A stretch of 64,000 nucleotides of DNA. It comes from an uncultured Methylomirabilota bacterium. GTDB lineage: Bacteria > Methylomirabilota > Methylomirabilia > Methylomirabilales > 2-02-FULL-66-22. Location: NCBI GenBank assembly GCA_963845565.1, contig CAWJSJ010000002.1:2670713-2734712 (forward strand), read 5' to 3'. Below are positions 20,548 to 31,389 of this stretch, in pieces (the first letter of the stretch is position 1; the number at the start of each line of letters is the position of its first letter). The notes below the pieces were generated by a model that had not been told where the DNA came from, did no database searches, and saw only the letters and a list, made by a program, of their open reading frames with translations. Both the position numbers and the translations under genes were made by a program.

Positions 20548-20963
20548 CGGGCGCCCCCCTTCACCGGCGGAGCGGCCGGGGCGGCCGGCCTCAGGGCCGG
20601 GAGGCCACGCTCCAGGACCAACCGCATGGCGCGATCGACCGGGACCCGGGCGATCCCCGCCTCCTTGTTGACCCAGGCGTAGCTGGTGAGGATCTCCTGC
20701 TCGGCCGTCTGGAGGGCCTTGAGTTCCTTCGGCGCCTGGACCTGGAGGCGAGGCTCGATCGGCACGGTCCGGGTCGCCAGGGGTGAGGCCGGGGTTTCCA
20801 GCCGCGGCCGTTCCCACCAGCCGAGGAGCCGCATCATGCCGTAGGCCGCCACGAAAACCAGGACCGTGACCACGGCCAGAATCACGCCGGAGATCAGGAT
20901 GGGCTTCGGCCTGACGTCGGACTTTTCGTAGCCGCCGGGGGCGGAGCCATGGGGCGTCGTCAT
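20544..20963 (-). CDS. actG: Alternative complex III subunit ActG-like protein
   Basis: GYEKSDV, single TM, PRLQ...L..Y.WV...G..R.P..RAM; lies between actF and SCO. Confidence 0.7.
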   Translation of the reverse strand: MTTPHGSAPGGYEKSDVRPKPILISGVILAVVTVLVFVAAYGMMRLLGWWERPRLETPASPLATRTVPIEPRLQVQAPKELKALQTAEQEILTSYAWVNKEAGIARVPVDRAMRLVLERGLPALRPAAPAAPPVKGGAR

Positions 20964-20965
20964 CC

Positions 20966-22147
20966 TCACGCTCCGTGCGGCGCGTCCGCCAGGTCGGCGA
21001 AGCGCGGATCCCGCTCCGCGAGGAGCGGCCGGCGCTTCAGGAGACCCAGGAACGTCGCCAGCCAGAGCCCGCCCAGCCCGATGGGCAGGACGAGATCGAG
21101 CCAGTGCAGGTGGAAGCCCTCCGCGTGGAGGGCCGGGGCGATCAACCAGAAGAGATCGACGAAGCGCACCACCAGGATGCCGGCCGCGACCGCGCCGAGC
21201 ATCTTGGCGCGCCGCTTGGTGGTGCGCGACAGCAAGAGCAGGAAGGGAACCACGAAATGGAACACGATCAGGAGCAGGGCGACCGCCCCCCACCCGCCCG
21301 CCATCCGATGGAGGTACCAATGGTTTTCCTCGGGCAAATTGCCCGACCAGATGATCAGGTACTGCGAGAAGGCGATGTAGGCCCACAGCATCACGAACGC
21401 CAGCAGGAGATTCCCGAGGTCGTGGAACTGGGTCGGCCCCATCGCGCCCTGGATGGGAGGCCGATTGGCCAGGCAGACCACCACGCGGGTCACGAAGGCC
21501 AGCGCCAGCAGCGCTTGGCCGACGAGGAAGACCACGCCGTAGATCGAGGAGAACCAGTGCGGCTCGAGCGACATGACCCAGTCCACGGCCGCGAACGTGA
21601 CCGCCATCCCGTAGAGGACCAGGCCCGGGCCGCTCACGACCTGCAGTCGGCGGGTGAGCGGGTCCGTGCCGATGCCCTGATCCTGTCGCGCCGAGAGCAT
21701 GGTGAGGATCGTGCCGGTCCCGATCCAGATCAGGAAATAGAACGCGGCGCGGCCGAAGAAGGCCGGGCCGTTCAGATACCGTTGCTTGTGCTGCAAGAGC
21801 GCGTCGGTCGCCACCAGGTCGGGGCGCGCCCAGGGATAGAGATCCTGCAGGCCGAAGAGGAGCGGCACGAACAGGAGCGCCAGCAGCGGCAGCGTGCGCA
21901 CCCCGGCTTCCAGAAACCGCTGGATCACATACCCCCAGCGGCCGGCGACCAGATGGTGGAGCATCAGGAGGCCGAGGCACCCCACGGCGATCCCGGCCCA
22001 GAAGACGTATCCCAGGAGGTAGGCCTGGAAGAACGCGGCCCGGTTCATGAGGCCCCCGAGGACGGCCAGCGCCAGGGCACCCAGGCCGACCATGAGGGCC
22101 TTTCGCTGCATCCCATCGAATTCCCAGGCGCTGCCTTCACCCGTCAT
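20966..22147 (-). CDS. actF: Alternative complex III membrane subunit ActF
   Basis: About 10 TM helices; DWVMSLEPHWFSSIYG, HDLGNLL, WAY..FSQYLIIWSGNLPEE. Confidence 0.92.
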   Translation of the reverse strand: MTGEGSAWEFDGMQRKALMVGLGALALAVLGGLMNRAAFFQAYLLGYVFWAGIAVGCLGLLMLHHLVAGRWGYVIQRFLEAGVRTLPLLALLFVPLLFGLQDLYPWARPDLVATDALLQHKQRYLNGPAFFGRAAFYFLIWIGTGTILTMLSARQDQGIGTDPLTRRLQVVSGPGLVLYGMAVTFAAVDWVMSLEPHWFSSIYGVVFLVGQALLALAFVTRVVVCLANRPPIQGAMGPTQFHDLGNLLLAFVMLWAYIAFSQYLIIWSGNLPEENHWYLHRMAGGWGAVALLLIVFHFVVPFLLLLSRTTKRRAKMLGAVAAGILVVRFVDLFWLIAPALHAEGFHLHWLDLVLPIGLGGLWLATFLGLLKRRPLLAERDPRFADLADAPHGA

Positions 22148-22196
22148 CCGTTCGTCCTCGGGCGGCCGGTGCTCTCCGCCGCCGTGTCCGCGGTTG

Positions 22197-22844
22197 CTAC
22201 TTCTTCTGATCGAGCGCGGCGCGCTCTTCCGCCGTCAGATCGGCCACCGGAATTCCCTGGCTGACCTGCAGGGTGCGGATGTAGGCCGCGATGGCCCAGC
22301 GATCGGCCGGGGGGACCTGCGCGGCGTAATCCGGCATGACGCCGAAGCCATTGGTCATGACGTCGAAGAAATACCCGAGCGGGACCTCGCGCAGCCGCGG
22401 GATGTGGTACGACGGCGGCGGCCGCAGCCCCCGCTTGGTCACGGCGCCTTCCCCCGTGCCCACGCGGCCGTGGCACGGGGTGCAAAAGATCTCGTACCGC
22501 TCCCGTCCCCGCTCCAACAGGGCCCTGGTGAGGGGCACCGGCAGCGGTTCCACCAGGGCATCACCCACCTTGCCCGTGTAGAACGCGGCATCGGCCTTGA
22601 GCTCCCCCCGCGCCACGGTCCCCGGGACCAGCGGTCGGGCCAGGCGCCGGTCCTCGAAGAAGGCGCTCTGATCCAGCGGCTTCTCCCGGCCGGTCTCGGC
22701 CATCTGCTGCCGGCAGCCGACCAAGAGAAGCAGGCAGCAGGCAGCGAGCAGCAGGCAGGCGAGGAGATTGCGCGGTACCGGGGCGATCCGACGACCCACT
22801 GCCCACTGCCACCTGCATGCTGCCAGCTGAACGCTACGGCTCAA
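22197..22844 (-). CDS. actE: Alternative complex III monoheme cytochrome c lipoprotein ActE
   Basis: Lipobox LLVGC, PGTVARG, CTPCHG, TNGFGVMP, DRWAIAAYIR. Confidence 0.92.
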   Translation of the reverse strand: MSRSVQLAACRWQWAVGRRIAPVPRNLLACLLLAACCLLLLVGCRQQMAETGREKPLDQSAFFEDRRLARPLVPGTVARGELKADAAFYTGKVGDALVEPLPVPLTRALLERGRERYEIFCTPCHGRVGTGEGAVTKRGLRPPPSYHIPRLREVPLGYFFDVMTNGFGVMPDYAAQVPPADRWAIAAYIRTLQVSQGIPVADLTAEERAALDQKK

Positions 22845-23370
22845 CGTCCGTCACCTCTTTCGCCCCCAGCCCTTCCAGAAATTTCCGCGTGGCCTCGGAA
22901 TCGAACCGGGGGTCGGTGGCCTCGATGCACAGGAAAAAGCGGTCCCGCGTCGCCAGGGCAAAGCGGGGCGCGTTGAAGACGGGGTGGTAGGGTTGGGGCA
23001 AGCCGTTCAGCGCCAGCATCCCGAGGACCGCGGTGGCGGCCGCCGCCAGGATGGTGACCTCGAAGGTGATGGGGATGAATGCCGGCCAGCTGTTCAAGGG
23101 GCGGCCGCCCACATTGAGCGGATAGTCGATGACGGCCGCGTAGTACTGGGAGAAAAACCCCGCCCCCGCCCCGACGATGCCCGCGATGAGCACCAGGAGC
23201 GGAAGCCGGTTGGTGCGGAACCCGATGGCCTCTGCCAGCCCGTGGACGGGAAAGGGGGTGTAGGCATCCAGCCGACGGTACCCGTCGGCGTAGGCCCGCT
23301 CTCCCGCGGCCACCAGCTCTTCCGGGGCGTCAAACTCGGCCAGCAAACCGTAGACGGGCGCCGTGCTCAT
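22834..23370 (-). CDS. actD: Alternative complex III subunit ActD (DUF3341)
   Basis: DAYTPFPVHGL, YPLNVGGRP, PITFE.TIL. Confidence 0.92.
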   Translation of the reverse strand: MSTAPVYGLLAEFDAPEELVAAGERAYADGYRRLDAYTPFPVHGLAEAIGFRTNRLPLLVLIAGIVGAGAGFFSQYYAAVIDYPLNVGGRPLNSWPAFIPITFEVTILAAAATAVLGMLALNGLPQPYHPVFNAPRFALATRDRFFLCIEATDPRFDSEATRKFLEGLGAKEVTDVEP

Positions 23371-23373
23371 GGC

Positions 23374-24780
23374 TCAATCCCCCGCCGGGCCGGCGCCCGG
23401 CGCGGCCGCCGGCCGCGGCTTGGGCGACGGCAGGATGGTCCGCATCTCGAAGATCGAGATCATCGGAAGCACCCGGATGAAGAGGAACAACATCGTCAGG
23501 AACAGGCCGATGGATCCGACGAAGATCGCCCAGTCCACCCAGGTGGGATAGTACATGCCCCAGGCCGAGGGCAAGAAGTCGCGATGGAGGCTGGTGATCA
23601 CGATCACGAAGCGCTCCAGCCACATCCCCACGTTCACCACCAGCGCGATCAGGAAGAGCAGGGGCACGTTGGCCTTGACCCGCTCCGACCACAGGAGCTG
23701 GGGGACCAGGATGTTGCAGCAGATGAGCGCCCAGTAGAACGGGCCGTAGGGGCCGGTCATCCGGTTCAGCATCATGAACATTTCGAAGGGGTTCCCGCTG
23801 TACCAGGCGAAGAAGATCTCCATCAGATAGCCATAGGCCACCATCAGGCCGGTCGCCAGCATGACATTGGCCATGTTGCGCAGGTGGCGCATGGTGATGA
23901 AATCGTCCAACCGGTAGAGCCACCGGATGGGGATGGTGAGCGTCAGCACCATGGCGAAGCCCGAGTAGATGGCCCCGGCGACGAAGTAGGGCGGGAAGAT
24001 CGTCGTGTGCCAGCCGGGGACCAGGCTGGTCGCGAAGTCGAAGCTCACCACGGTGTGCACGGACAGGACCAGGGGGGTAGCCAGGCCCGCCAAGAGCAGA
24101 TAGGCCGTCTCGTAGCGGTGCCAGTGCTGCGCCGAGCCGCGCCACCCGAGGGCCAACATGCCGTATCCGATCTTGAGGGCCCTCGCCTTGGCGCGATCGC
24201 GCAGCGTGGCCAGGTCGGGGATCAGCCCGACGTACCAGAAGAGCAGCGAGACTGTGGCGTAGGTCGAGACGGCGAAGACGTCCCAGACCAGCGGGCTGCG
24301 CGTCTGCGGCCAGATGGCCATGGTGCTGGGATACGGGAACATCCAGTACCCGAACCACGGCCGCCCCATGTGGAGCAAGGGGAAGAGGCCGGCGCAGGAG
24401 ACCGCGAACAGCGTCATGGCCTCGGCGAACCGGTTGATGGAGGTGCGCCACTGCTGACGGAGCAGGAGCAGGATCGCGGAGATCAGGGTCCCGGCGTGGC
24501 CGATCCCGATCCACCAGACGAAGTTGACGATGGCGAAGCCCCAGCCGACCGGGATATTGATCCCCCAGGTTCCCAGGCCGAAGACCACCGTCCAGCCGAT
24601 GCCGAGGAGCAACGCTTGCAGCAGACCGAAGGCGATCAGGAAGCCGGCGAACCAGGAGAGCGGGGTCGTCCCGCTCAGCACGATGACGCTGATCTTGTCC
24701 GTCACCGAGGCGTAGGTGTAGCCCGGCGTCACGATCGGGGTGCTTGGCATGCCGGGTCCGGTCTCGGGGTGCGTCGCCAT
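23374..24780 (-). CDS. actC: Alternative complex III quinol-oxidising subunit ActC (NrfD/PsrC family)
   Basis: [49 protein letters not shown]. Confidence 0.95.
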   Translation of the reverse strand: MATHPETGPGMPSTPIVTPGYTYASVTDKISVIVLSGTTPLSWFAGFLIAFGLLQALLLGIGWTVVFGLGTWGINIPVGWGFAIVNFVWWIGIGHAGTLISAILLLLRQQWRTSINRFAEAMTLFAVSCAGLFPLLHMGRPWFGYWMFPYPSTMAIWPQTRSPLVWDVFAVSTYATVSLLFWYVGLIPDLATLRDRAKARALKIGYGMLALGWRGSAQHWHRYETAYLLLAGLATPLVLSVHTVVSFDFATSLVPGWHTTIFPPYFVAGAIYSGFAMVLTLTIPIRWLYRLDDFITMRHLRNMANVMLATGLMVAYGYLMEIFFAWYSGNPFEMFMMLNRMTGPYGPFYWALICCNILVPQLLWSERVKANVPLLFLIALVVNVGMWLERFVIVITSLHRDFLPSAWGMYYPTWVDWAIFVGSIGLFLTMLFLFIRVLPMISIFEMRTILPSPKPRPAAAPGAGPAGD

Positions 24781-24784
24781 GCGC

Positions 24785-27772
24785 TCAGCCCTGTTCCAGC
24801 GCCGGATTGGGATTCCGGAGCCGTGCGAGATAGGTCGTCCGCGGCCGGGTGTTCAGCTCTGTGAGGAGGCCGTAGTTCAGCGGGTGGGCCTTGAGCTGGG
24901 ACACGCGGCTCTTGGGGTCGTTGATGTCGCCGAAGACAATCGCCTGGCTGGGGCAGGCCGCCTGGCAGGCGGTGATCACCTCCCCGTCCTGGATGTCGCG
25001 GTCGTGGGTCTTGGCCTGGATGCGGGCTTCATTGATCCGCTGCACGCAATAGGTGCACTTCTCCATGACGCCCCGGCTGCGCACCGTCACGTTCGGGTTC
25101 CGGACGAGCGCCAGGCTGGGGGTCCGGTCGTCGGCGTACTGGAGGAAGTTGAAGTGCCGGACCTTGTAGGGGCAGTTGTTGGAGCAGTACCGGGTGCCCA
25201 CGCAGCGGTTGTAGACCATGTCGTTCAGCCCTTCGCTGCTGTGCACGGTGGCCCCGACCGGACAGACCGGCTCGCAGGGCGCGTTCTCGCACTGCATGCA
25301 CAGGACCGGCTGATGGACCGTCTCGGGGGCCTCCAGGCCGCCCTTGTAGTAGCGGTCGACGCGGATCCAGTGCATCTCGCGGCCGACCAGGACCTCCGCC
25401 TTGCCGACCACGGGACTGTTGTTCTCGCTCTGGCAGGCCATGACGCACGCGTTGCAGCCGGTGCAGGCGTTGAGGTCGATGGCCATCCCCCAGGCGTACC
25501 CTTCGTACTTGTGCGCGGGGTAGAAGCTGGGCTGATGGCCGGCCTCATGGTCGCCCGGATCGCGCGCGAAGTCCGGATGCTTCCGGAACTCCTCGGCGGT
25601 GGCCATCCGGACCAGGTTCCGGCCCTGCATGGTCTGGTGGCCCTGCGTGCTCGCCAGGCGGGAGCGCGCGCCGGTCGTCTTCAGCGTCAGCCCGCTCCCC
25701 CCCCAGGGGGCCGCCGCCGTCCGCAGGAGATAGGCGTTGACCCCGATCCCGGAGCCGGCCCGGCCCGCCTGCGTCCGGCCATAGCCCAGGTGGAGGGTCA
25801 CCGTCCCGTCGGCCTGGCCGGGCAGGATCCAGGCCGGCGCGTTCAACCGCCGCCCCGCGAACGTGAGCTCGACCACGTCGCCGCTCTGCACGCCCAGCCG
25901 CTCCGCGGCGGCGGGGCTCATCAGTGCCGCATTGTCCCAGGTGAGCTTGGTGAGCGGCTTGGGCAGCTCCTGCAGCCAGCCGTTGTTGGCAAAGCGGCCG
26001 TCCCAGACGGCGGGGTCGGGCCGGAAGACGAGGTCCAACCCCTGGGGGGCAACCGACGGGGCCGCGGGAATGACGCCCTTCCACGTCGGGACCTTGGCGG
26101 GAAGCGCGGAGTCCGCGATCAGACCGTCATGCAGGGCCTTGCGCCAGACGGTCTCGAAGTCGCCGCTGCGGCGCTGGCTCTTCCAGTAGTCCCGCACGAT
26201 GTCGTATCCGGACCGCGGGTCGCCCAGCAGCGCCGACGCCACTTCGTGCGCCGTCCGTCCCCCGTAGAGCGGTGCGATCAGGGGTTGCTGGATACTCACC
26301 GTGCCGTCGTACGCCCGCCCGTCGCTCCACCCCTCCAGGGTGTGCGCCTCGGGCAGATGCCAGTGGCAGAGCGCCGAGGTTTCGTCCTCGTAGAGGGCGA
26401 GGTGTGCGCGGAAGGCGACCTTGTTGAGTGCCTCGGCAAAGGGAACGTCGGCCGGCGCGGTGTACACGGGATTGCCGCCCAAGATGAGCAGCGTCTCCAC
26501 CTTTCCGGCCTGCATGTCCGCCACGAGCTGTCCGAGCGACTCCCCCTGGTCCACGGGGACGGCCTCGATGGGGTCGGTGAAGACCACGGTCCGGCCGTGG
26601 TTCTCCAGGGCGCGGTTCATGGCGTGGGCGAGCAGGTGAACTGCGGGCGATTGCTCGTCCCCCGCCACCACCAGGCTGGCGCCCCGATGGGCCGCCAGGT
26701 CGCGGGCCAGCGCGTCGACCCACTTCGCCTGCTCCGGGGTGGGGCGCCATGAGTGGCCGCCGACCTCGATCCCCAGCCGCACCGCGAGACCCCGGGCAAA
26801 GGACTCCAGGTCATCCGGGCGCACCACCAGCCGGTGGTCGGCCATCCCGCCCGTCAGCGTGGGCGTGGCCTCGATGGCGTACAGACGGTTCAGCGCTGTC
26901 GCCGGCGTCTCGGCGCGGCGGCGCGACGCGAACTCGCGCGCGTAGCGGACCGCGCCCGGCCCGGTCGTCAGGAAATCGCTTCCCAGCGAGACGATCACAT
27001 CGGCCGCCTCCACCCGATGGATTGTGTTCACCGTCTCGCCGAACGCCAGTCGGGCGCCGGCCCGGACCGTGTCGCGCGAGACCGGCTCGAACTGATGCCA
27101 GCGGGCCGCCGGGAACTTCGCGAGCACGGCCTGGAGCTGGGCGGCCAGCGTGGGCGAAACTACGGTCTCGGTCAGGATGCGCAGGCCGCCGCCTTGCGGC
27201 TGCGTCCCCGAGTCCAGTTGCGTGGCCAACCCGGACACGAACGCGTTCCAGGTGCTCGGCGTTCCCGTGCGCAGGACGACCTGCGACCGGTCCGGATCGT
27301 ACAGCCCGAGGATGGAGGCCTGCGTCAGGGCGTCGGTGGCCCCGAGGCTTCCCGGATGAAGCGGGTTCCCCTCGATCTTGGTGGGTCGGCCCTGATGGCT
27401 CTCCACCAGGACGCCCACGGAACATCCGCCGAGCGTGACGGCGGTGGCGAAGAAGAGCGGCTTGCCCGGGATCACCTCTTCGGGCGCGCGCACATACGGG
27501 ACGATCTTGTCGCTGGGCTGGCTGCTGCAGGCGGTCAGCCCCGCCAGGGCCAGCGACGCCCCCATCAGCTGCAGGAACTGGCGCCGGCCGACGGGATCCG
27601 TCCACTCGGTGGCCCCCTCGGGGAACTCCCGGTGCAGAAGTTCCTGAAACTCCGGCGTGTCCGCGACCTCGTCCAGGCTGCGCCAGTACTCCGGGCCCTG
27701 CCGCTCGGCCAGCCGGCGTCGGATCTCGCCCCAGTCGATCCCGTCGTGTCCAGGCATCGCGTCGTGACTCAT
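24785..27772 (-). CDS. actB: Alternative complex III subunit ActB (molybdopterin-oxidoreductase-like plus Fe-S domains, Tat-exported)
   Basis: YWRSLDE leader, Tat motif [25 protein letters not shown]; Fe-S motifs [42 protein letters not shown]. Confidence 0.95.
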   Translation of the reverse strand: MSHDAMPGHDGIDWGEIRRRLAERQGPEYWRSLDEVADTPEFQELLHREFPEGATEWTDPVGRRQFLQLMGASLALAGLTACSSQPSDKIVPYVRAPEEVIPGKPLFFATAVTLGGCSVGVLVESHQGRPTKIEGNPLHPGSLGATDALTQASILGLYDPDRSQVVLRTGTPSTWNAFVSGLATQLDSGTQPQGGGLRILTETVVSPTLAAQLQAVLAKFPAARWHQFEPVSRDTVRAGARLAFGETVNTIHRVEAADVIVSLGSDFLTTGPGAVRYAREFASRRRAETPATALNRLYAIEATPTLTGGMADHRLVVRPDDLESFARGLAVRLGIEVGGHSWRPTPEQAKWVDALARDLAAHRGASLVVAGDEQSPAVHLLAHAMNRALENHGRTVVFTDPIEAVPVDQGESLGQLVADMQAGKVETLLILGGNPVYTAPADVPFAEALNKVAFRAHLALYEDETSALCHWHLPEAHTLEGWSDGRAYDGTVSIQQPLIAPLYGGRTAHEVASALLGDPRSGYDIVRDYWKSQRRSGDFETVWRKALHDGLIADSALPAKVPTWKGVIPAAPSVAPQGLDLVFRPDPAVWDGRFANNGWLQELPKPLTKLTWDNAALMSPAAAERLGVQSGDVVELTFAGRRLNAPAWILPGQADGTVTLHLGYGRTQAGRAGSGIGVNAYLLRTAAAPWGGSGLTLKTTGARSRLASTQGHQTMQGRNLVRMATAEEFRKHPDFARDPGDHEAGHQPSFYPAHKYEGYAWGMAIDLNACTGCNACVMACQSENNSPVVGKAEVLVGREMHWIRVDRYYKGGLEAPETVHQPVLCMQCENAPCEPVCPVGATVHSSEGLNDMVYNRCVGTRYCSNNCPYKVRHFNFLQYADDRTPSLALVRNPNVTVRSRGVMEKCTYCVQRINEARIQAKTHDRDIQDGEVITACQAACPSQAIVFGDINDPKSRVSQLKAHPLNYGLLTELNTRPRTTYLARLRNPNPALEQG

Positions 27773-28419
27773 CGGTGACAGACCGAGCAGCTTTCGAGCC
27801 GCTGGATCTTGTATTCGGCGACCAGCTTCTTGCCGAGGGCGGCCTGATCGGCAGGCGGCGTCCACGTCATGCTGAAGACCTGCTCGCGCGGCCGGACGAA
27901 CCGCTCCGGATTGCGGTGGCACTCCAGGCACCATTCCATGTACAGCGTGTTGACGCGCCAGGTGAGGGGCATCTGATCCACGCGCCCGTGGCACGTGACG
28001 CAGGCCATCCCCTTTTTCACGTGGATGCTGTGATCGAAATAGACGAAGTCCGCCACCTTGTGGACGCGCACCCACTCGATCGGCTTGCCGGTCCGGTAAC
28101 TCTCCCGCACTGGCTCCAGCATGGGGGCGTCGGCCCAGAGCTGGGCGTGGCAGTTCATGCACGTCTTGGTGGGCGGGATACCCGCGAAGGAGGATTGTTC
28201 GACCGAGGTATGGCAGTACCGGCAGTCGATCCCGGCGTCGGCCACGTGGTGCTTGTGGCTGAACGGCACCGGTTGCTGCACGGCGACGCCGACGCCCGAC
28301 ACGTAGGGGGACCGTACGAACGCGCCCACGGCCCAGCCGATGCCGGCCAGGATGAAGACCGCGCCGAAGATGCTGACCTTGGCGAGAACGTTAGTGCTGC
28401 GATGGAAGATTTGAGCCAT
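27769..28419 (-). CDS. actA: Alternative complex III pentaheme cytochrome c ActA
   Basis: N-terminal TM and five CxxCH motifs (CRYCH, CMNCH, CVTCH, CLECH, CSVCH); QPVPFSHKHH. Confidence 0.95.
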   Translation of the reverse strand: MAQIFHRSTNVLAKVSIFGAVFILAGIGWAVGAFVRSPYVSGVGVAVQQPVPFSHKHHVADAGIDCRYCHTSVEQSSFAGIPPTKTCMNCHAQLWADAPMLEPVRESYRTGKPIEWVRVHKVADFVYFDHSIHVKKGMACVTCHGRVDQMPLTWRVNTLYMEWCLECHRNPERFVRPREQVFSMTWTPPADQAALGKKLVAEYKIQRLESCSVCHR

Positions 28420-28798
28420 CAGGGCGTCGCGTTGTGCCGGTTGAGATGACCCAGAACAGGATACACGCGCCGAACGAGCGGGATAGTATGCTACTAACTT
28501 CACAAAGACAACTCCAAAAAAGAGCGAGTCAGTGTCGAATTTCCACGAGGGAGCGCGCGGCGCACGGACGGTCACCGAAGGGCCATCGGCCGCGGATCAG
28601 CGATGCGGACCGCGGAGCGGGCACGTCCTCCGGGCGCCCGCGCCACCCGCTCGCGATCTGCAGCGTGTTGTCGAACCCGCCGCGGCTTTGGCTATCGCCG
28701 CGCGCGCTGGCGTGGTAAAGTCAACCCCGGCTGCCGGGGGTAGAGGCGATGCGGCGCGCTCGCGCCGCGGATCGGCGGGGAGCGAGGGACGGATACGC

Positions 28799-29776
28799 AT
28801 GGAGCAGGTTGTGGAGCAACCGCGTCTCGAACAGGGTGAGGTCGACGGCCCGGCCGTGCTGGTCGACGGCCTCAGTCATCGGTACGGCGATCGCGTCGCG
28901 CTCTCGGACGTCACGCTCTCCGTCGCGCGCGGGGAGATCTTCGGGCTGCTTGGGCCGAACGGGGGCGGGAAGACGACGCTCTTCAAGATCCTCTCGACGC
29001 TGCTCGGCACGACCGCGGGGCGGGTGACCGTGTTCGGCCACGATCTGGCGCAGGAGGCTGCCCACGTGCGACGCCACCTGGGGGTGGTCTTCCAGCGGCC
29101 GAGTCTGGACCCCAAGCTCACGGTTATGGAAAACCTGCGTCACCACGGGCACCTCTACGGGATGCAGGGACGACCGCTGCGGGAGCGGGCGGACGCCCTC
29201 CTGGCCCGGTTGGGTTTGCCGGAACGGGCCGGCGAGCGAGTGGAGACGCTCTCCGGCGGTCTGCAGCGTCGCGTCGAGTTGGCCAAGGCCCTCATGCACC
29301 ACCCGGATCTCCTGCTGTTGGACGAGCCGTCCGCGGGGCTCGATCCCGGCGCCCGCCGCGACTTCACCCATTACCTGGAGCACCTGCGGGCCGAGGAGGG
29401 GGTCACCATCCTGCTCACGACGCACATCCTCGATGAAGCGGAGCGTTGCGATCGCCTGGGGATTCTGCACCAGGGAAAACTGGTGGCCCAGGGAACGCCG
29501 GGCGCGTTGAAGGCGGCGGTCGGCGGAGACGTGGTGGTCATCCATTCCCATGCGGCGGCGGCGCTCGGTGTCAAGATCCGGGAGCGGTTCGGCTGCGATC
29601 CCGTCGTGGTGGATGGAAACCTCCGGGTGGAGATGCCGGAGGGGCACGAGTTCGCGCGGGAGATCGTGAACGACTTCGGCAGCGAAGTCGAGACGGTGTC
29701 GTTCGGGCGGCCCACACTGGAGGACGTGTTCATTCACCTCACAGGGTCGCATCTGTGGGGCGAGGGTGGCATATGA
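28799..29776 (+). CDS. ABC-2 exporter ATP-binding protein (DrrA/NodI-like)
   Basis: GPNGGGKT, LSGG, LLLDEP, TTH, C-terminal PTLEDVF. Confidence 0.92.
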   Translation: MEQVVEQPRLEQGEVDGPAVLVDGLSHRYGDRVALSDVTLSVARGEIFGLLGPNGGGKTTLFKILSTLLGTTAGRVTVFGHDLAQEAAHVRRHLGVVFQRPSLDPKLTVMENLRHHGHLYGMQGRPLRERADALLARLGLPERAGERVETLSGGLQRRVELAKALMHHPDLLLLDEPSAGLDPGARRDFTHYLEHLRAEEGVTILLTTHILDEAERCDRLGILHQGKLVAQGTPGALKAAVGGDVVVIHSHAAAALGVKIRERFGCDPVVVDGNLRVEMPEGHEFAREIVNDFGSEVETVSFGRPTLEDVFIHLTGSHLWGEGGI

Positions 29777-30570
29777 GGGAGACGGGACTGGCAGAGACCG
29801 CGCTTGCGGTGTGGACGCTCTGTCGGCGGGAATTGATCCGCTTCTTCCGGCAGCGGAGTCGTGTAATAGGCGCGGTCGTCCAGCCCTTGGTTTTCTGGCT
29901 GCTGGTGGGTTCGGGATTTCGGGCCTCCTTCCGCCCGCCCGGCGTCCCGCAGGGGACCACGTATGCGGAATACGCCTACCCGGGCATCCTCGCCATGGTC
30001 TTGCTGTTCACCGCGATCTTCGCCACCATCTCGGTGGTGGAGGATCGGCGCGCTGGATTCCTGCAGGGAGTCCTGGTCGCCCCGGTGAGCCGCGGGACCA
30101 TCGTCCTCGGTCAGGCGCTCGGATGCACCGCGCTGGCCCTGTTGCAGGGGGTGGGCTTTCTGCTCCTGGCACCGGTGGCCGGCGTGCCGCTCTCGTTCCT
30201 GGCGGTGTTCGCCACCACCGCCGTCATGGCGCTGCTGGGCTTCGGCCTGTCGAGCCTCGGTCTGGCGATCGCCTGGCGACTCGATTCCACCCAGGGATTC
30301 CACGCCATCATGAATCTGGTGCTGCTGCCCATGTGGGTTCTCTCCGGGGCCTTCTTCCCGAGTGCCGGCGTGCCCGGCTGGATGCGCTGGGCCATGGGAG
30401 TGAATCCCATGACGTACGGCTTGGCCGCCATCCGCCGGTGCCTTTACCTTGGTTCCCCGGAGGCGGCGGGGGCGGTGCCGGCACTGGCCGGCGCCTTGAC
30501 GGTGACGATGCTCTTCGGAGGCGTGGCGTTCGCCGCGGCGGTGTGGGTTGCCACGCGGAAACCGGCCTGA
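29773..30570 (+). CDS. ABC-2 exporter permease
   Basis: 6 TM helices; EDRRAGFL..VLVAPV, LSGAFFP, NPMTY; overlaps the ATPase stop. Confidence 0.9.
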   Translation: MRETGLAETALAVWTLCRRELIRFFRQRSRVIGAVVQPLVFWLLVGSGFRASFRPPGVPQGTTYAEYAYPGILAMVLLFTAIFATISVVEDRRAGFLQGVLVAPVSRGTIVLGQALGCTALALLQGVGFLLLAPVAGVPLSFLAVFATTAVMALLGFGLSSLGLAIAWRLDSTQGFHAIMNLVLLPMWVLSGAFFPSAGVPGWMRWAMGVNPMTYGLAAIRRCLYLGSPEAAGAVPALAGALTVTMLFGGVAFAAAVWVATRKPA

Positions 30571-30582
30571 GAGGAGGGCGGC

Positions 30583-31011
30583 GTGATCAGTCTCGCGACG
30601 TGGATTCTCTGGGTGCACATCCTGGCGGCGGCGCTCTGGCTGGGCGGTGCGGCGACAGTGCGCACGGTGGTGTTGCCATTCGAGGGCGCGGCACGGGCAG
30701 CCGCGGCCCGGCGGGCGCAGTTTCTGACCTCGCGCGCCATGGAAGTCCTGCTCCTCACCGGCGTCATCAACGTCCTGCTGAAAGGCCTCCAGGGCGGCTT
30801 CACGCTCGGTCGGGGGTTCTTCGCGATGCTCTCCCTCAAGATGGCGCTCCTGGTCGTGATGGCGGGTCTCCAGATCTGGATGGGTGTGATCTGGCGGCGC
30901 ACAGGCGCCGGCGAGACCGACGCCGTGCGCCGGGCACGGGTGGGCCTGAGCCTCCAGTGCGCGTTGGGTGCCGTGGCCGCCTTGCTGGGCCTGGGTCTCC
31001 GCGCCGCCTGA
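30583..31011 (+). CDS. Small 4-TM membrane protein (CopD-like N-terminus)
   Basis: WVHILAAALWLGG...LLLTG..N...LKMAL pattern; GGAGG RBS before GTG. Confidence 0.6.
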   Translation: MISLATWILWVHILAAALWLGGAATVRTVVLPFEGAARAAAARRAQFLTSRAMEVLLLTGVINVLLKGLQGGFTLGRGFFAMLSLKMALLVVMAGLQIWMGVIWRRTGAGETDAVRRARVGLSLQCALGAVAALLGLGLRAA

Positions 31012-31192
31012 TGCGCCGGGCGGCCTCCAGCGCCTGCCTGGTGATCCCCCCATCCTCTATCCTGGAATAGACCTGCCTCAGCGTTGGGGACCGTTTCCAC
31101 GCGCCCGTCCCATCGGTGTTTTTGTGTGCCTTCCTCGCCGGGACCGCGTCCACGCTTGTGCAAATTTGCTCAGACTTTCCGCGAGTTTTCGC

Positions 31193-31248
31193 TTGACAAG
31201 AACACAAGATATAGGGCATAAAGTGTCGGCCTGCCCAAGATGTTGCGC
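31193..31248 (+). promoter_or_regulatory. Tandem NrdR boxes next to a TTGACA -35 upstream of nrdJ
   Basis: ACACAAGATATAGGGC (31202-31217) and GCCCAAGATGTTGCGC (31233-31248) resemble the NrdR consensus acaCwAtATaTwGtg. Their starts are 31 bp apart; TTGACA lies at 31193-31198. Confidence 0.75.
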
Positions 31249-31389
31249 CAAATGGCCTGGGAAGGATCCAGACGAAGGTCGCGGAAGGATACCGGGTTCC
31301 GGGGGTTCCGACGGGTTCCGGATCCGGTTTTCGGGTGGGTCCGACGCGGGTCGGTCACGAGGTGCTCGATAGGTATGGAGGAAGTTGCT

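Noticed and set aside
28485..28510. CRP/FNR/Rex-like site upstream of actA (TTGTGAAGTTAGTAGCAT, minus strand)
   Set aside because: Only one half-site matches, which is too weak to call.
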